In this document: positions 36,982 through 46,089 of the stretch, piece by piece
How the letters are laid out: each line of letters starts with the position of its first letter
Numbering within the stretch: the stretch's first letter is position 1
Assembly: GCA_014727915.1 (NCBI GenBank)
Contig: WJMO01000005.1
Coordinates: 32,001 to 96,000, forward strand
DNA from: Candidatus Altiarchaeales archaeon
GTDB lineage: Archaea; Altiarchaeota; Altiarchaeia; IMC4; SCGC-AAA252-I15
Direction of reading: 5' to 3'
DNA length: 64,000 bases
Notes under the pieces: model-generated
Told to the model about the DNA's origin: nothing
Seen by the model: only the letters and a program-made list of their open reading frames with translations
Databases searched by the model: none
Program-made: the position numbers and the translations under genes

Positions 36982-37377
36982 CTATTTTTTCTCACAACCC
37001 GGTCCCGGGCTCTCACCCTTGAAAGCGTGCCTTTTGCAGGCATTGGAATCGCTTGCCTCGGCCAGCGCACCTTCATTGAACTGGCTTACTGCATCTCTTA
37101 CATCCCCTCCAGCTCCGACAAACGCCTTTATCCCCTTCTCCCTGAAGAACTGGACTGCCCTCCTCCCAAGGCCGCTGCAGACTATTGCCTCAACCCCCTC
37201 GTCAGCAAGCAGCTCAGGGGGTGTCCTCTCCCCTCCCCTGTGGTGGCTGGTGTTCGGAACAATAGTCACATCCCATGTTTCACTGTCCACTATCGTATAC
37301 GTTGGCGTTCGCCCAAAGTGCTCTCCAACCCGGTCATCTAATCCTCCGCCTCCCATGCTCGGCACTGCAACCCTCAT
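36982..37377 (-). CDS. NifB/NifX family FeMo-cofactor-binding domain protein
   Basis: MRVAVPS, HFGR motif, CSGLG. Confidence 0.88.
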   Translation of the reverse strand: MRVAVPSMGGGGLDDRVGEHFGRTPTYTIVDSETWDVTIVPNTSHHRGGERTPPELLADEGVEAIVCSGLGRRAVQFFREKGIKAFVGAGGDVRDAVSQFNEGALAEASDSNACKRHAFKGESPGPGCEKK

Positions 37378-37721
37378 CTTCGCTCTCCTCCAAAATCATC
37401 TATCGCCTTGACCACGAGCTGGGTGTACATGAGCGACGGACCGCCGCCCATAAAAGCCGCAACAAAACATGTCTCCATTATCTCCTCTTCTGTTGCTCCG
37501 GATTCCAAGGCTTTTTTCACATGGTATGCGATACACCATCTGCAGTGTGTGGCGACTGAAAGAGCTATGCTGATCAGTTCCTTGGTCTTGTGGGGTAGGG
37601 CTCCCTCCTTCTCTGCTGTGTGCATGAAGCTTCCGAAGGCCTTCATCTGCTCAGGGTACTCCTCACCCAGCTGATTCAGCGAATTATTGACTTCCCCCAA
37701 CACCTCTTCCATCGAATCCAT
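37374..37721 (-). CDS. carboxymuconolactone decarboxylase (AhpD-like) family protein
   Basis: GALPHKTKELI..LSVATHCRWCIAYH; probable start MDSMEE. Confidence 0.88.
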   Translation of the reverse strand: MDSMEEVLGEVNNSLNQLGEEYPEQMKAFGSFMHTAEKEGALPHKTKELISIALSVATHCRWCIAYHVKKALESGATEEEIMETCFVAAFMGGGPSLMYTQLVVKAIDDFGGERR

Positions 37722-37722
37722 C

Positions 37723-38142
37723 CTACGTGCCTCCCCTTCGCCTGCCCTGCCCCCTACCGCCAAAGCCCCTTCTTCCGCCACCAAAGTGGTCTCTGACGGT
37801 GGGCCCTTCAACAGGTTTCAATATGCCTTTTGCGTATTCCCTCGCTGCTTCACCTGCGTTGCCCCGGTATTGGATCATCTCAACGCCTCCCTGGGACAGC
37901 ACCGCCGCTGCGTTGGGCCCGAAGTTCCCTGCGATCACCGCCTTCGCTCCCATCTCGTTTACCTGCTGGGCGGCCTGTATCCCTGCTCCGCCCGCGGAGG
38001 AGAACCCGGTGTTCCCAACGACCTCAGTCTTGGCAACTTCCCCGCCTTCGCATTCCGCGACCGTGAAGTTCCGGCATCTCCCGAAGACAGGCGATACACC
38101 GTCCTCTAGACCGCCCTCGTTCGTCGCAATAACCACCTTCAT
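37723..38142 (-). CDS. NifB/NifX family protein
   Basis: VFGRC, GGAGIQAAQ, GNFGPNA, RGG-rich tail. Confidence 0.88.
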   Translation of the reverse strand: MKVVIATNEGGLEDGVSPVFGRCRNFTVAECEGGEVAKTEVVGNTGFSSAGGAGIQAAQQVNEMGAKAVIAGNFGPNAAAVLSQGGVEMIQYRGNAGEAAREYAKGILKPVEGPTVRDHFGGGRRGFGGRGQGRRRGGT

Positions 38143-38146
38143 GTTC

Positions 38147-38341
38147 TCACCCCCTTGTCATCCGCATGCCGCATCTGGGGCATGTTACCGTGTTGCACGG
38201 GGTTCCCCTAACGTGCGGCGTCGTGTGCCCGCATGACGGGCATCTGCAGCTACCCGGGCCTCCCGGGCCGCCGCCTACCATCCTTCCTCTGCCTCCGCGG
38301 CCGGGTCCTATCCTCGGTCCTCTACCGTCTCCTCTTGGCAT
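38147..38341 (-). CDS. small Gly-rich zinc-ribbon protein (DUF5320-like N-terminus)
   Basis: MPRGDGRGP...CRCPSCG...HVRGTPC...CPRCG. Confidence 0.75.
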   Translation of the reverse strand: MPRGDGRGPRIGPGRGGRGRMVGGGPGGPGSCRCPSCGHTTPHVRGTPCNTVTCPRCGMRMTRG

Positions 38342-38347
38342 CTCATC

Positions 38348-38767
38348 TCACCTCTTCTTTGTTTTTATCCTCTTGCTCCCGCATTCTGGGCATTCACTAG
38401 GCCTCCTAGTGCTAGCTTCCTGCTTCCACTGGTGTCCGTCCTCTGAGCACCTGTACATCCTCTCCCCCTTCGCGAGATAGTCGCCACCCCTTATCTCTAT
38501 TGCCTTCCCGTTCAGGAGCGCGTCAGCGACCTTGCCCCTCGCGGACTTCAACTCCCTTGCGAGAGTCCTCCTCGAGACCTTCATCCTCTTGGCTGCCGCC
38601 TCGTGCTCCATAGTCTCATGGTCGACCAGCCTTATCGCCTCCAGTTCCTCAACCTTCAGCTCGACCACGTCAAGTTCCGTCAATGGTATCTGCCGCGGCT
38701 TGAAGTAGTCCACGTCCGGGACTCCCTTCACCTTCCTCAGGCATTTGGGTCTGCCCCTGTCTCCCAT
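38348..38767 (-). CDS. DUF134 HTH DNA-binding protein with C-terminal zinc ribbon
   Basis: [40 protein letters not shown]. Confidence 0.9.
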   Translation of the reverse strand: MGDRGRPKCLRKVKGVPDVDYFKPRQIPLTELDVVELKVEELEAIRLVDHETMEHEAAAKRMKVSRRTLARELKSARGKVADALLNGKAIEIRGGDYLAKGERMYRCSEDGHQWKQEASTRRPSECPECGSKRIKTKKR

Positions 38768-38796
38768 GTTAGAACAGATGGAAATACAAGAATATA

Positions 38797-38814
38797 AATG
38801 CCCATATGGGCATT
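38797..38814. promoter_or_regulatory. perfect 18-bp palindrome, putative operator of the DUF134 operon
   Basis: AATGCCCATATGGGCATT overlaps the upstream edge of a minus-strand TATA-like TTTATATT (38791-38798), about 30 bp before the DUF134 ATG. Confidence 0.6.
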
Positions 38815-39313
38815 AATTTAGCACGACTACCTTGTGGACTCCCCTGACCCTCAGCAGCTTGTCTATCATGTTCCTCGGTATGGGGTTCTCGGTTATCACG
38901 GTCATCTCCGGGTTGTCGAACATGGGATCGTCCGCGATCACCTGGCGTATGCCGATGTTGGCGTTGCTCAAAGTGTTCGTCACCCCCGCCACTATCCCCT
39001 TCCCGGCCGCGTCATCGGGTATTATCTCTATCGCCCCGTAGCCGAGTATGGGCGCCAGCTCCCTGAGTGAAGGCGTGATGGCGAGGTTCTCGAAAATCCT
39101 CCTCAGCTTCTCCCTCCCTAGTATCGTCCTGACAGTGGACTTCACCACCCTCCTGTCAACCTCCAACACCCTGGAGACGCTTATCATGGAGACCTCCACC
39201 TCTCCAGCCAACAATTCACCCTCAGCGGATACCCTGATGCCGTTCCTAAGCAGGTACTCCGCAACCCGACGCTGCGCACCCTTGCCTGAAAAGGCCTTCT
39301 CAAGATCCAACAT
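38813..39313 (-). CDS. ACT-domain regulator (COG2150-like)
   Basis: VDRRVV..TV..I, GIVAGV...IGIRQVIADDP motifs. Confidence 0.85.
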   Translation of the reverse strand: MLDLEKAFSGKGAQRRVAEYLLRNGIRVSAEGELLAGEVEVSMISVSRVLEVDRRVVKSTVRTILGREKLRRIFENLAITPSLRELAPILGYGAIEIIPDDAAGKGIVAGVTNTLSNANIGIRQVIADDPMFDNPEMTVITENPIPRNMIDKLLRVRGVHKVVVLN

Positions 39314-39373
39314 AGCCAGTAATCCAATAGGCACAAAAACTATAAAAATGCACAAAAACAGACATAAATGCTG

Positions 39374-39559
39374 TTAGTGTTTCCAGGTGGTGGGGTGCTC
39401 GCATTCCGCGCCTTCGAACACGCACAAGGGGCAGAGAAACCGGTCAACCTCCCTTTCCACACCGTCTATAAACGCGACTTCAGTGTGCGAGTAGGTCCAG
39501 GTTCTTATGTCCTGTAACTGTAGGGTTCCACAGCGGGGGCAGTTAACCAACTCACTCAC
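39374..39559 (-). CDS. small zinc-finger protein
   Basis: 61 aa with GTG start; CPRC and CPLC pairs. Confidence 0.5.
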   Translation of the reverse strand: MSELVNCPRCGTLQLQDIRTWTYSHTEVAFIDGVEREVDRFLCPLCVFEGAECEHPTTWKH

Positions 39560-39633
39560 CGAATACGGATTAGATCTCCCTACCTATAATGTTAGGGGCA
39601 AAACAGTGCCAAACGAGTGGGACAATGGGGGCC

Positions 39634-41331
39634 CTAAAGGAGAACCGCCTTCAAAGATGCTCCGACCACCACGGTCACCACGACCATCAAAGCCATGGAC
39701 TTCAACAGGTCCTTCAAACCCAGCTCCCTGTAGAGGACTGTGAAAGTGGCGATGCACGGGAAGTAAATCGCGAGTATCGTGGACGCGATGGTAAGCTGCT
39801 CGGCTGACATGCCAAGAGGTGCTAGCATGCCCACCGCGACATCCTTGCGCAGGAAACCCACGATCAACGCGATGGCAGCTTCCTCCGGCAGCCCGAACAA
39901 TTCACCCATGACCGGCCCGAAAAACCCCGCGATGAAAGAGACCACTCCCGTGACATACGTGAGATTAACTGCCAACACACCCAACAGCACGTAGGGCACC
40001 GCGTCCGTTATGAAGTACTTGACCCTGACCCAAGTCTTCTTCAACAGGGATCTCGGGTCTGGTCTGCGGTAGGGCGGCACCTCAAGCAGTATCTCAGGGC
40101 TCTCCCCGGGGATGAACCTGTTCAAGGCCAGGCCCACAACGACATAGAGCGCCAGGAGAGTCGCATAGGTTATTGCGATATACCTCAGACCGTACCTTGA
40201 AAGAAGACCGATTATCACCGCGTTCTGCGCGAGGCAGGGTATGCATAGCGCCATGAGCGTCGCTGATATGAACCTCTGCTTCTTGGTCTCCAATATCCTC
40301 GTTGACAATACCCCCGGAACATTACAACCCAGCCCGAGTATGGTCGGCACTATCGCTGAACCGTGCAGTCCGATGCGGTGCATAAGATTGTCCATCAGCG
40401 TGGCTAGCCGGGGCAGGTAGCCGACATCCTCCAGAAAACTGAGGGCAAGGTAGAAAAGGACCACGAAGGGCAATACCATGTCCAACGGAACGTATACCCC
40501 CGTGGTCAGGACTCCCAGGCTCTCTATGAAATCCTCGCCGCTGCCCAGCAGGATCTCGTGCATCATGCCCGACGGGAAAACCCCTTCAACCAAACCCCGG
40601 ACCAGGGGGCCGTAGACTCCGATGAAGAAAGGGTCGAGGACGTTCTCAATGATGAAGTTCCCGGTGTTGATGATGAACGAGAACATGAGGAACAGCACAG
40701 CCAACGCTATGGGTATCCCGGTCAACGGCTTTATGGTCGCGTCCTCCAACGCTTCCGTGAACGTGTGGTCCTTCTCATGGAGCTTCTGAACCTTGGATAC
40801 TATATGCCCCACTTCCTTCCAACGCTCCTCGTCACTCCTCTCCCCCCCGACGGTCCTGGCCTCCGAAAGCCTGTCAACAAGTCTCTTCACGCCCTCGCCT
40901 GTAACTGCGACCGTCTCGACCACCGGCACGCCCAAACTCCTCTCAAGGTCGTCAACGTCCACCTCGACTCCCAGGTGCCTTGCGTCGTCGCTCATGTTCA
41001 ACGCCACAACAGTCGGCTTTCCCGATTCCAGCACCTGCAGCGTCAGATAGAGGTTCCGCTCCAGGTTGGTCGCGTCCACCACATCGATGACGACATCACC
41101 TTCGGGGAGCATCTCGGACGCGGCCTTTTCAGCCGGGTTCTCGGCGGTGAGAGCGTATGTCCCAGGCACATCGACGAGCTCGACCATCTCCCCGCCGTAC
41201 TTCATCCTCCCCGTGCAGTAGCTGACAGTTGTCCCAGGGTAGTTGCTGCACATCACGTGCACTCCCGTCAGCCGCGAGAAGAGCGCGCTCTTGCCCACGT
41301 TGGGGTTTCCCATCAGCAGTACCCGCATCAT
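39634..41331 (-). CDS. feoB: ferrous iron transporter FeoB
   Basis: GNPNVGKS, NYPGTTV, DVPGTY, DATNLERNL, LEDVGYLPR, GLGCNVP, YFPCIAT. Confidence 0.96.
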   Translation of the reverse strand: MMRVLLMGNPNVGKSALFSRLTGVHVMCSNYPGTTVSYCTGRMKYGGEMVELVDVPGTYALTAENPAEKAASEMLPEGDVVIDVVDATNLERNLYLTLQVLESGKPTVVALNMSDDARHLGVEVDVDDLERSLGVPVVETVAVTGEGVKRLVDRLSEARTVGGERSDEERWKEVGHIVSKVQKLHEKDHTFTEALEDATIKPLTGIPIALAVLFLMFSFIINTGNFIIENVLDPFFIGVYGPLVRGLVEGVFPSGMMHEILLGSGEDFIESLGVLTTGVYVPLDMVLPFVVLFYLALSFLEDVGYLPRLATLMDNLMHRIGLHGSAIVPTILGLGCNVPGVLSTRILETKKQRFISATLMALCIPCLAQNAVIIGLLSRYGLRYIAITYATLLALYVVVGLALNRFIPGESPEILLEVPPYRRPDPRSLLKKTWVRVKYFITDAVPYVLLGVLAVNLTYVTGVVSFIAGFFGPVMGELFGLPEEAAIALIVGFLRKDVAVGMLAPLGMSAEQLTIASTILAIYFPCIATFTVLYRELGLKDLLKSMALMVVVTVVVGASLKAVLL

Positions 41332-41960
41332 ATCACCTTAACCTTGGATGCCATCCCACGGCCTATGCTCACTCTCGTGTTGCCTGTCTTCACCACCAGC
41401 GGGCCCCCAAGCGGCTCCCTGGCAACCACCTTCACCCTCTTGCCCTCCATCAGCCCGAGCGTCATCATCTTCTCCTGGAACCTGCTTCCCCCATCCAACC
41501 GTTTCAAGGTGACTGTTTCCCCCTCGAGCACGTTTATCAGGCTCCTGTCCTTTCTCTTGCCGGGGGGTATGGGCTTGTGGTCGTCCGGGCATTCGCCGGG
41601 ATAATCCATGAACCTGTCCAGGGCATCGGCCGCCTCGTCCGAGAGGCTGTGCTCCATCTGGCAGGCCTGATCGTGGACCCTGCTCTTCCTTATCTTAAGC
41701 ACGTCGCATAGGAACCTCTCAAGTAGCCTGTGCTTCCTCTTCACGTTCTCCCCGATCCTCAGCCCCTTCTTGGTCAGCCTGACCCCCTGGTATGGCTTGT
41801 GCCTGATCAGGCCCTTGCGGTCCAGCTTCCTCAGCATCTCCGAGACGCTGGACTCTTTCACTCCCAGCTCCCTGGCTATCTCCCCAGTCTTCGCCTCCTT
41901 TCCGTCTTCAAGCAGGCCGTAGATGGTCTCCAGGTACTCCTCCTTGCTCCTGTGCGGCAT
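41328..41960 (-). CDS. DtxR/MntR-family metal-dependent repressor with FeoA domain
   Basis: EEYLETIY, SVSEML, HRLLERFL, CQMEH, CP..HKPIP, FeoA-like C-terminus. Confidence 0.93.
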   Translation of the reverse strand: MPHRSKEEYLETIYGLLEDGKEAKTGEIARELGVKESSVSEMLRKLDRKGLIRHKPYQGVRLTKKGLRIGENVKRKHRLLERFLCDVLKIRKSRVHDQACQMEHSLSDEAADALDRFMDYPGECPDDHKPIPPGKRKDRSLINVLEGETVTLKRLDGGSRFQEKMMTLGLMEGKRVKVVAREPLGGPLVVKTGNTRVSIGRGMASKVKVI

Positions 41961-41992
41961 AGAAGATACATTACCCTCCAAACATATAAATA

Positions 41993-42008
41993 TTTAGGCA
42001 AGCCTAAA
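41993..42008. promoter_or_regulatory. DtxR-type operator palindrome
   Basis: TTTAGGC-AA-GCCTAAA, matching the TTAGG-n4-CCTAA pattern of DtxR-family boxes, directly upstream of dtxR-feoB. Confidence 0.75.
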
Positions 42009-42153
42009 AAATAATTATTCAATATTATTTGGATAAATATTTTAATAATTTATAAAAAAACACAGATAGTTTCCAATATTGTCTTTTGCCCGCTTCTGGT
42101 CTCCGCTCCGCTACCAACCCGTATTTAAACCCTTCAGACTATTATCTTCTTTG

Positions 42154-43059
42154 ATGGAACACGGCGAACTCAGGGGGCTGAGATACGTGCTCATAGCGGC
42201 GATGGTGAGCGGCTTCGCAATATTCGCAAACAAATTCTTCGTGGGCGTCTACTCCGACGCGTTCGTGTACACAACAGCCAAGAACATCCTGGCGGCAACC
42301 TTCCTCGCGGCGCTGCTGGCCTTCACCAATGACATGCAACAGCTGAGGAAGCTCAAGCGAAAGGACTGGCTGAAGCTGTCCTCGATCGGAGTGGTCGGCG
42401 GGAGCATACCTTTCCTGTTGTTCTTCAAGGGACTCACATTGACATCTGCTGCGAGCGGCGCGTTCATACACAAGACCATGTTCGTCTGGGTCGCAGCACT
42501 CTCAACATTCTTCCTGAGGGAGCGGCTGAAGCTGCACCACATAACTGCAGCACTCCTGCTGCTGGCTGGTAACCTCCTGGCCATCGGATTGAACGCGTTC
42601 ACCGTCAACACGGGCGACCTCATGATACTCGCAGCCACGCTGTTCTGGGCCTGTGAGACAATCATATCCAAGAACGCGCTTAAGGACATCAAGCCCTCAG
42701 TCGTCGCATCCGCGAGGATGGCCTTCGGGTCCGTCGTCTTGCTGGGCTTCCTCGGAGCTACCGGTAGGATAGGGTCTCTGACGGCGTTGACGGCACCCCA
42801 GGCCGTTGCCGCCCTCACGACATCGGCGATTCTCTTCGCCTACGTGACCTCATGGTATAACGGGCTGAAGCTGGTGAGCGCATCGACCGCCACAGTAGTG
42901 TTATTACTGGGGGCGCCGGTGACGACCCTATTGTCTGCCACGTTCCTGTCGGCGGCGGTTCCGACAGTCCAGACGGCAGGCATCCTGATGGTATTGGCCG
43001 GCACAGTCGCTTATGTGCGGCTTTCCCCTGGTGGAACAGAACATGCGACCTTCGCCTGA
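42154..43059 (+). CDS. EamA/DMT family transporter
   Basis: About 10 TM segments, two-fold internal repeat, GDLMILAA. Confidence 0.85.
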   Translation: MEHGELRGLRYVLIAAMVSGFAIFANKFFVGVYSDAFVYTTAKNILAATFLAALLAFTNDMQQLRKLKRKDWLKLSSIGVVGGSIPFLLFFKGLTLTSAASGAFIHKTMFVWVAALSTFFLRERLKLHHITAALLLLAGNLLAIGLNAFTVNTGDLMILAATLFWACETIISKNALKDIKPSVVASARMAFGSVVLLGFLGATGRIGSLTALTAPQAVAALTTSAILFAYVTSWYNGLKLVSASTATVVLLLGAPVTTLLSATFLSAAVPTVQTAGILMVLAGTVAYVRLSPGGTEHATFA

Positions 43060-43777
43060 TGAGAGGGGGCTCAGGCTGTGCTCGCGCTACTCTTACCTGC
43101 CTAACAGCCTCGGATACTGCGGGCCGCCGGACGTTAACGAGAGGATACTCGAATACGCCCTCGGAGGCGGATGCAGTGACATCCGCGAAATCCTAACAAA
43201 GTTCGAGGCATTGCACCCCTACCTGGAATTGATAGCTGGATCGAACGGTTTCGACGACGAGTTCGACATCGACGTCGTTGAAGCCCTATGGGTCGGGAAC
43301 AGGCTTTTGGAGGCAGTATCCTCATCTGACATCCAGGACATGATCCATGCAAGGTTCAAAGGCTACCTTCCAGGCAGGATACTCGAATGCATGGTCGACC
43401 GCATACCGGAAGGTTCGCTGCCCCATCACAGCTTCCACGTCTTGCACATCCAAACCATAACCGGCGTCATCTCCCGCTCCGTTGAAAACCAGGACATGTG
43501 CAGGATAAGCTGGGGAACGGTTAAAGAGAAAGAGGACAAGCTGCTGGTGGATTCTCAGAAGCTGACCGTCGAGGACGGAAGATACAAACTGGTCCCCTGC
43601 GAGAAAGAGATAGAACATAAAGCCGCCGGCCGAACCTTCACCGAACCGGAACCAGGAGACGCCACATCGATACACTGGAACATGGCAGTCGAAGCATTGG
43701 ATGGAGCTAGATTATCTAATCTGCTGAAGTACACGGAACACAACCTGAACCTGCTGAAGCCCCTTTTACTCTCTTGA
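43043..43777 (+). CDS. DUF6390-like protein
   Basis: RYSYLPNSLGYCGP, FEALHPYL, VVEALWVGN, PHHSFHV, CRISWG, SIHW. Confidence 0.75.
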   Translation: MRPSPDERGLRLCSRYSYLPNSLGYCGPPDVNERILEYALGGGCSDIREILTKFEALHPYLELIAGSNGFDDEFDIDVVEALWVGNRLLEAVSSSDIQDMIHARFKGYLPGRILECMVDRIPEGSLPHHSFHVLHIQTITGVISRSVENQDMCRISWGTVKEKEDKLLVDSQKLTVEDGRYKLVPCEKEIEHKAAGRTFTEPEPGDATSIHWNMAVEALDGARLSNLLKYTEHNLNLLKPLLLS

Positions 43778-43799
43778 CACCCCCCCATAAAACCGTCAT

Positions 43800-43965
43800 G
43801 TCCGCTGGTTTTACCAGGTTCGCGCCGCATGTCGCTGCCCTCGATTGTCCGGGTTTGTTGGGCGTCTTCTTGAGCGGGAATTCAGAGGGCGTCGGAACCG
43901 GCTTCACCGGCGCCCCGCCAGACGGCGATACTACCAACACCACGACGGGCGCAACCCAGCCCTAG
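43800..43965. ncRNA. candidate structured non-coding RNA
   Basis: GC-rich intergenic block with nested complementary segments (see findings); no convincing ORF. Confidence 0.4.
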
Positions 43966-44036
43966 GAACCTTTTTTTCAGGTTTTTTAAGGGGTGTTTTC
44001 CATATTAATAGCCCAGTCAATGTAGGGTGTGTTGAT

Positions 44037-44795
44037 ATGATCGGCAAGAAGATCCGGATGGAGCGGATTATGGACCGCAAGAGCGGTAACATGGTTATTG
44101 TCCCCTTGGACCATGGAGTTACCGTCGGGCCCATAAAGGGTTTGGAGAACCTTGAGGAGACAGTCAACGACGTCGCCAAGGGCGGAGCCGACGCAGTGCT
44201 CATGCACAAGGGCATGGTGGGCCGCGGCCACAGGGGATACGGGAACGACATAGGCTTGATAGTGCACCTAAACGGTGGTAGTTCGGTGGCGCCGGACCCC
44301 AACAACAAGATAATAGTCACGACAGTCGCGGAAGCCGTGCGGATAGGCGCGGACGCGGTTTCGATACACATCAACGTGGGAGCTGACAAGGAGCATAGGA
44401 TGCTCCACGACCTCGGGATGGTAGCTGAAGAATGCGCAGACTTCGGGATGCCATTGCTGGCGATGATGTACCCCCGGGGCCCGGAGATAAAGAACAGCAC
44501 CGACGTCAAATACGTCCGTCACGTGGCGAGATTGGGCGCCGAACTCGGCGCGGACATAGTCAAGACCCTGTACACCGGGGAGAAGAAGACGTTCAAGGAG
44601 GTCGTGGACGGGTGTCCCGTCCCGATAGTGATAGCCGGCGGACCGAAGATAGAGTCCGAAGCCGACCTGCTGAAGATGGTCGAGGATGCAATGGACTGCG
44701 GAGCCAAGGGCATAAGCATAGGCCGGAACATCTTCCAAGCCGACGACAGGGTCGAGATCACGAAGAAGCTATGCAAGATAGTGCATGGAAAGTGA
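44037..44795 (+). CDS. aroA': 2-amino-3,7-dideoxy-D-threo-hept-6-ulosonate synthase / class I aldolase (DhnA family)
   Basis: [58 protein letters not shown]. Confidence 0.85.
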   Translation: MIGKKIRMERIMDRKSGNMVIVPLDHGVTVGPIKGLENLEETVNDVAKGGADAVLMHKGMVGRGHRGYGNDIGLIVHLNGGSSVAPDPNNKIIVTTVAEAVRIGADAVSIHINVGADKEHRMLHDLGMVAEECADFGMPLLAMMYPRGPEIKNSTDVKYVRHVARLGAELGADIVKTLYTGEKKTFKEVVDGCPVPIVIAGGPKIESEADLLKMVEDAMDCGAKGISIGRNIFQADDRVEITKKLCKIVHGK

Positions 44796-44859
44796 GCCAA
44801 TACATGATAGTGGGTCCAGTTCTGAGCAGAAAACAGACTGTATACTATAGTATATTAAA

Positions 44860-45774
44860 ATGGCACGTAACCTGAAGAAGTACTCGGACATCAAGGGCGG
44901 CATGGACCGCGGCAGCAGAGACCACAAGAGCAAACTCGCAGACAAGGACGGGGAAATCATGAAGGTGGCTTCCAAGAAGGTCATAGCCACGCACCCCTCC
45001 AACACAATAAAGAACGCGGCATCCCTGATGCGGGACAACGACGTCCGCAGGCTGCCCGTATTGGACGCGGGGACTGCGCGGCTTGAAGGCCTCGCGACCG
45101 CAGTGGACGTGCTGGACTTCATGGGAGGCGGGGAAAAATACAACATCATAGAAAAGGACTACGGGGGCAACTTCCTCTCGGCTATCAACACCCCCATCTC
45201 CAAGATAATGCGGGAGTCACAGTACCTTGACCGCCGTTCATCCGTAGAGGAGGTCGTGGACATCATGGTCGACAAGAAGACCAGCTGCATACCCGTCGTC
45301 GAAGACGACGAGGACCTGTCGGTCATCGCATTGGTGACTGAAAGGGACGTCCTGCCCATGGCAGGGGAATTCGGGGTTCCAGTGTCGGAGGTGATGAACT
45401 CCAAGCCCATAACGGCCTCTGAGGGCATGATGCTATCCGACGTCAGCAAGGTCATGGTAAGAAACCAGGTTCGTAGGCTTCCCGTCATAAAAGAGGGCAG
45501 CCTGGCAGGTGTGGTCACGGTCTTCGACGTCCTAGGATACCTGGAACGCGGAGAATACAAGGGCGTTGACGCGGAAGAGAACCTGAGCACCCGGGTGGAG
45601 GAGATAATGGCCTCGGAAGTCCTCGCGCTCAGGCCCGAAGAGGACCTGGGGGAAGCCGTAAAACTGATTGGAACAAGCGGCTACGGGGGTTTCCCCGTTG
45701 CGGAAGACGGCTCTCTGAAGGGCATCATAACGATCACGGACATCCTCAGATGGGTTTACCGCGAAAAAGGCTAG
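44860..45774 (+). CDS. CBS-domain protein (four CBS motifs)
   Basis: Repeated RRLPV / IPVV / GFPV...GIIT.TD motifs. Confidence 0.9.
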   Translation: MARNLKKYSDIKGGMDRGSRDHKSKLADKDGEIMKVASKKVIATHPSNTIKNAASLMRDNDVRRLPVLDAGTARLEGLATAVDVLDFMGGGEKYNIIEKDYGGNFLSAINTPISKIMRESQYLDRRSSVEEVVDIMVDKKTSCIPVVEDDEDLSVIALVTERDVLPMAGEFGVPVSEVMNSKPITASEGMMLSDVSKVMVRNQVRRLPVIKEGSLAGVVTVFDVLGYLERGEYKGVDAEENLSTRVEEIMASEVLALRPEEDLGEAVKLIGTSGYGGFPVAEDGSLKGIITITDILRWVYREKG

Positions 45775-45858
45775 TTCATTTATATAGGATAATGCGATAA
45801 TATCTTAGCCATATTTTCTCCTTCTGGCTTCAGGATGCTCAAATCCTGTGGAGGTGTT

Positions 45859-46089
45859 ATGTTGATCGAGCACAAGTTAGTCCCCAAACACGAGCTGATG
45901 AGCCCCGAAGAATCCCAGGCAGTGCTTGAAAAGTACAAAGTCACAAGGGATCAGATGCCCAAGATCCGGGCGAACGACCCGGGCATAAAGCACCTCCAAG
46001 CCAACGTAGGTGATTTGATAAGAATATCTAGGGTGTCGGAATACCTGGATAACTACGAATCCTACTATTACAGGGTGGTTGTTGAATGA
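45859..46089 (+). CDS. rpoH: RNA polymerase subunit H (Rpo5)
   Basis: HKLVPKHE, QMPKI..NDP, YYRVV; GGAGGTG Shine-Dalgarno-like motif upstream. Confidence 0.97.
   Translation: MLIEHKLVPKHELMSPEESQAVLEKYKVTRDQMPKIRANDPGIKHLQANVGDLIRISRVSEYLDNYESYYYRVVVE

Noticed and set aside
43800-43965. SRP RNA or RNase P RNA identity for the structured region
   Set aside because: Too short, and I could not find the SRP helix-8 motif or RNase P CR-I/CR-V motifs on either strand.
43716-44036. Small ORFs at 43716-43943 and 43774-43965, and the long N-terminal extension of the aldolase ORF
   Set aside because: No recognisable protein features; the aldolase family start is [11 protein letters not shown] at 44037.
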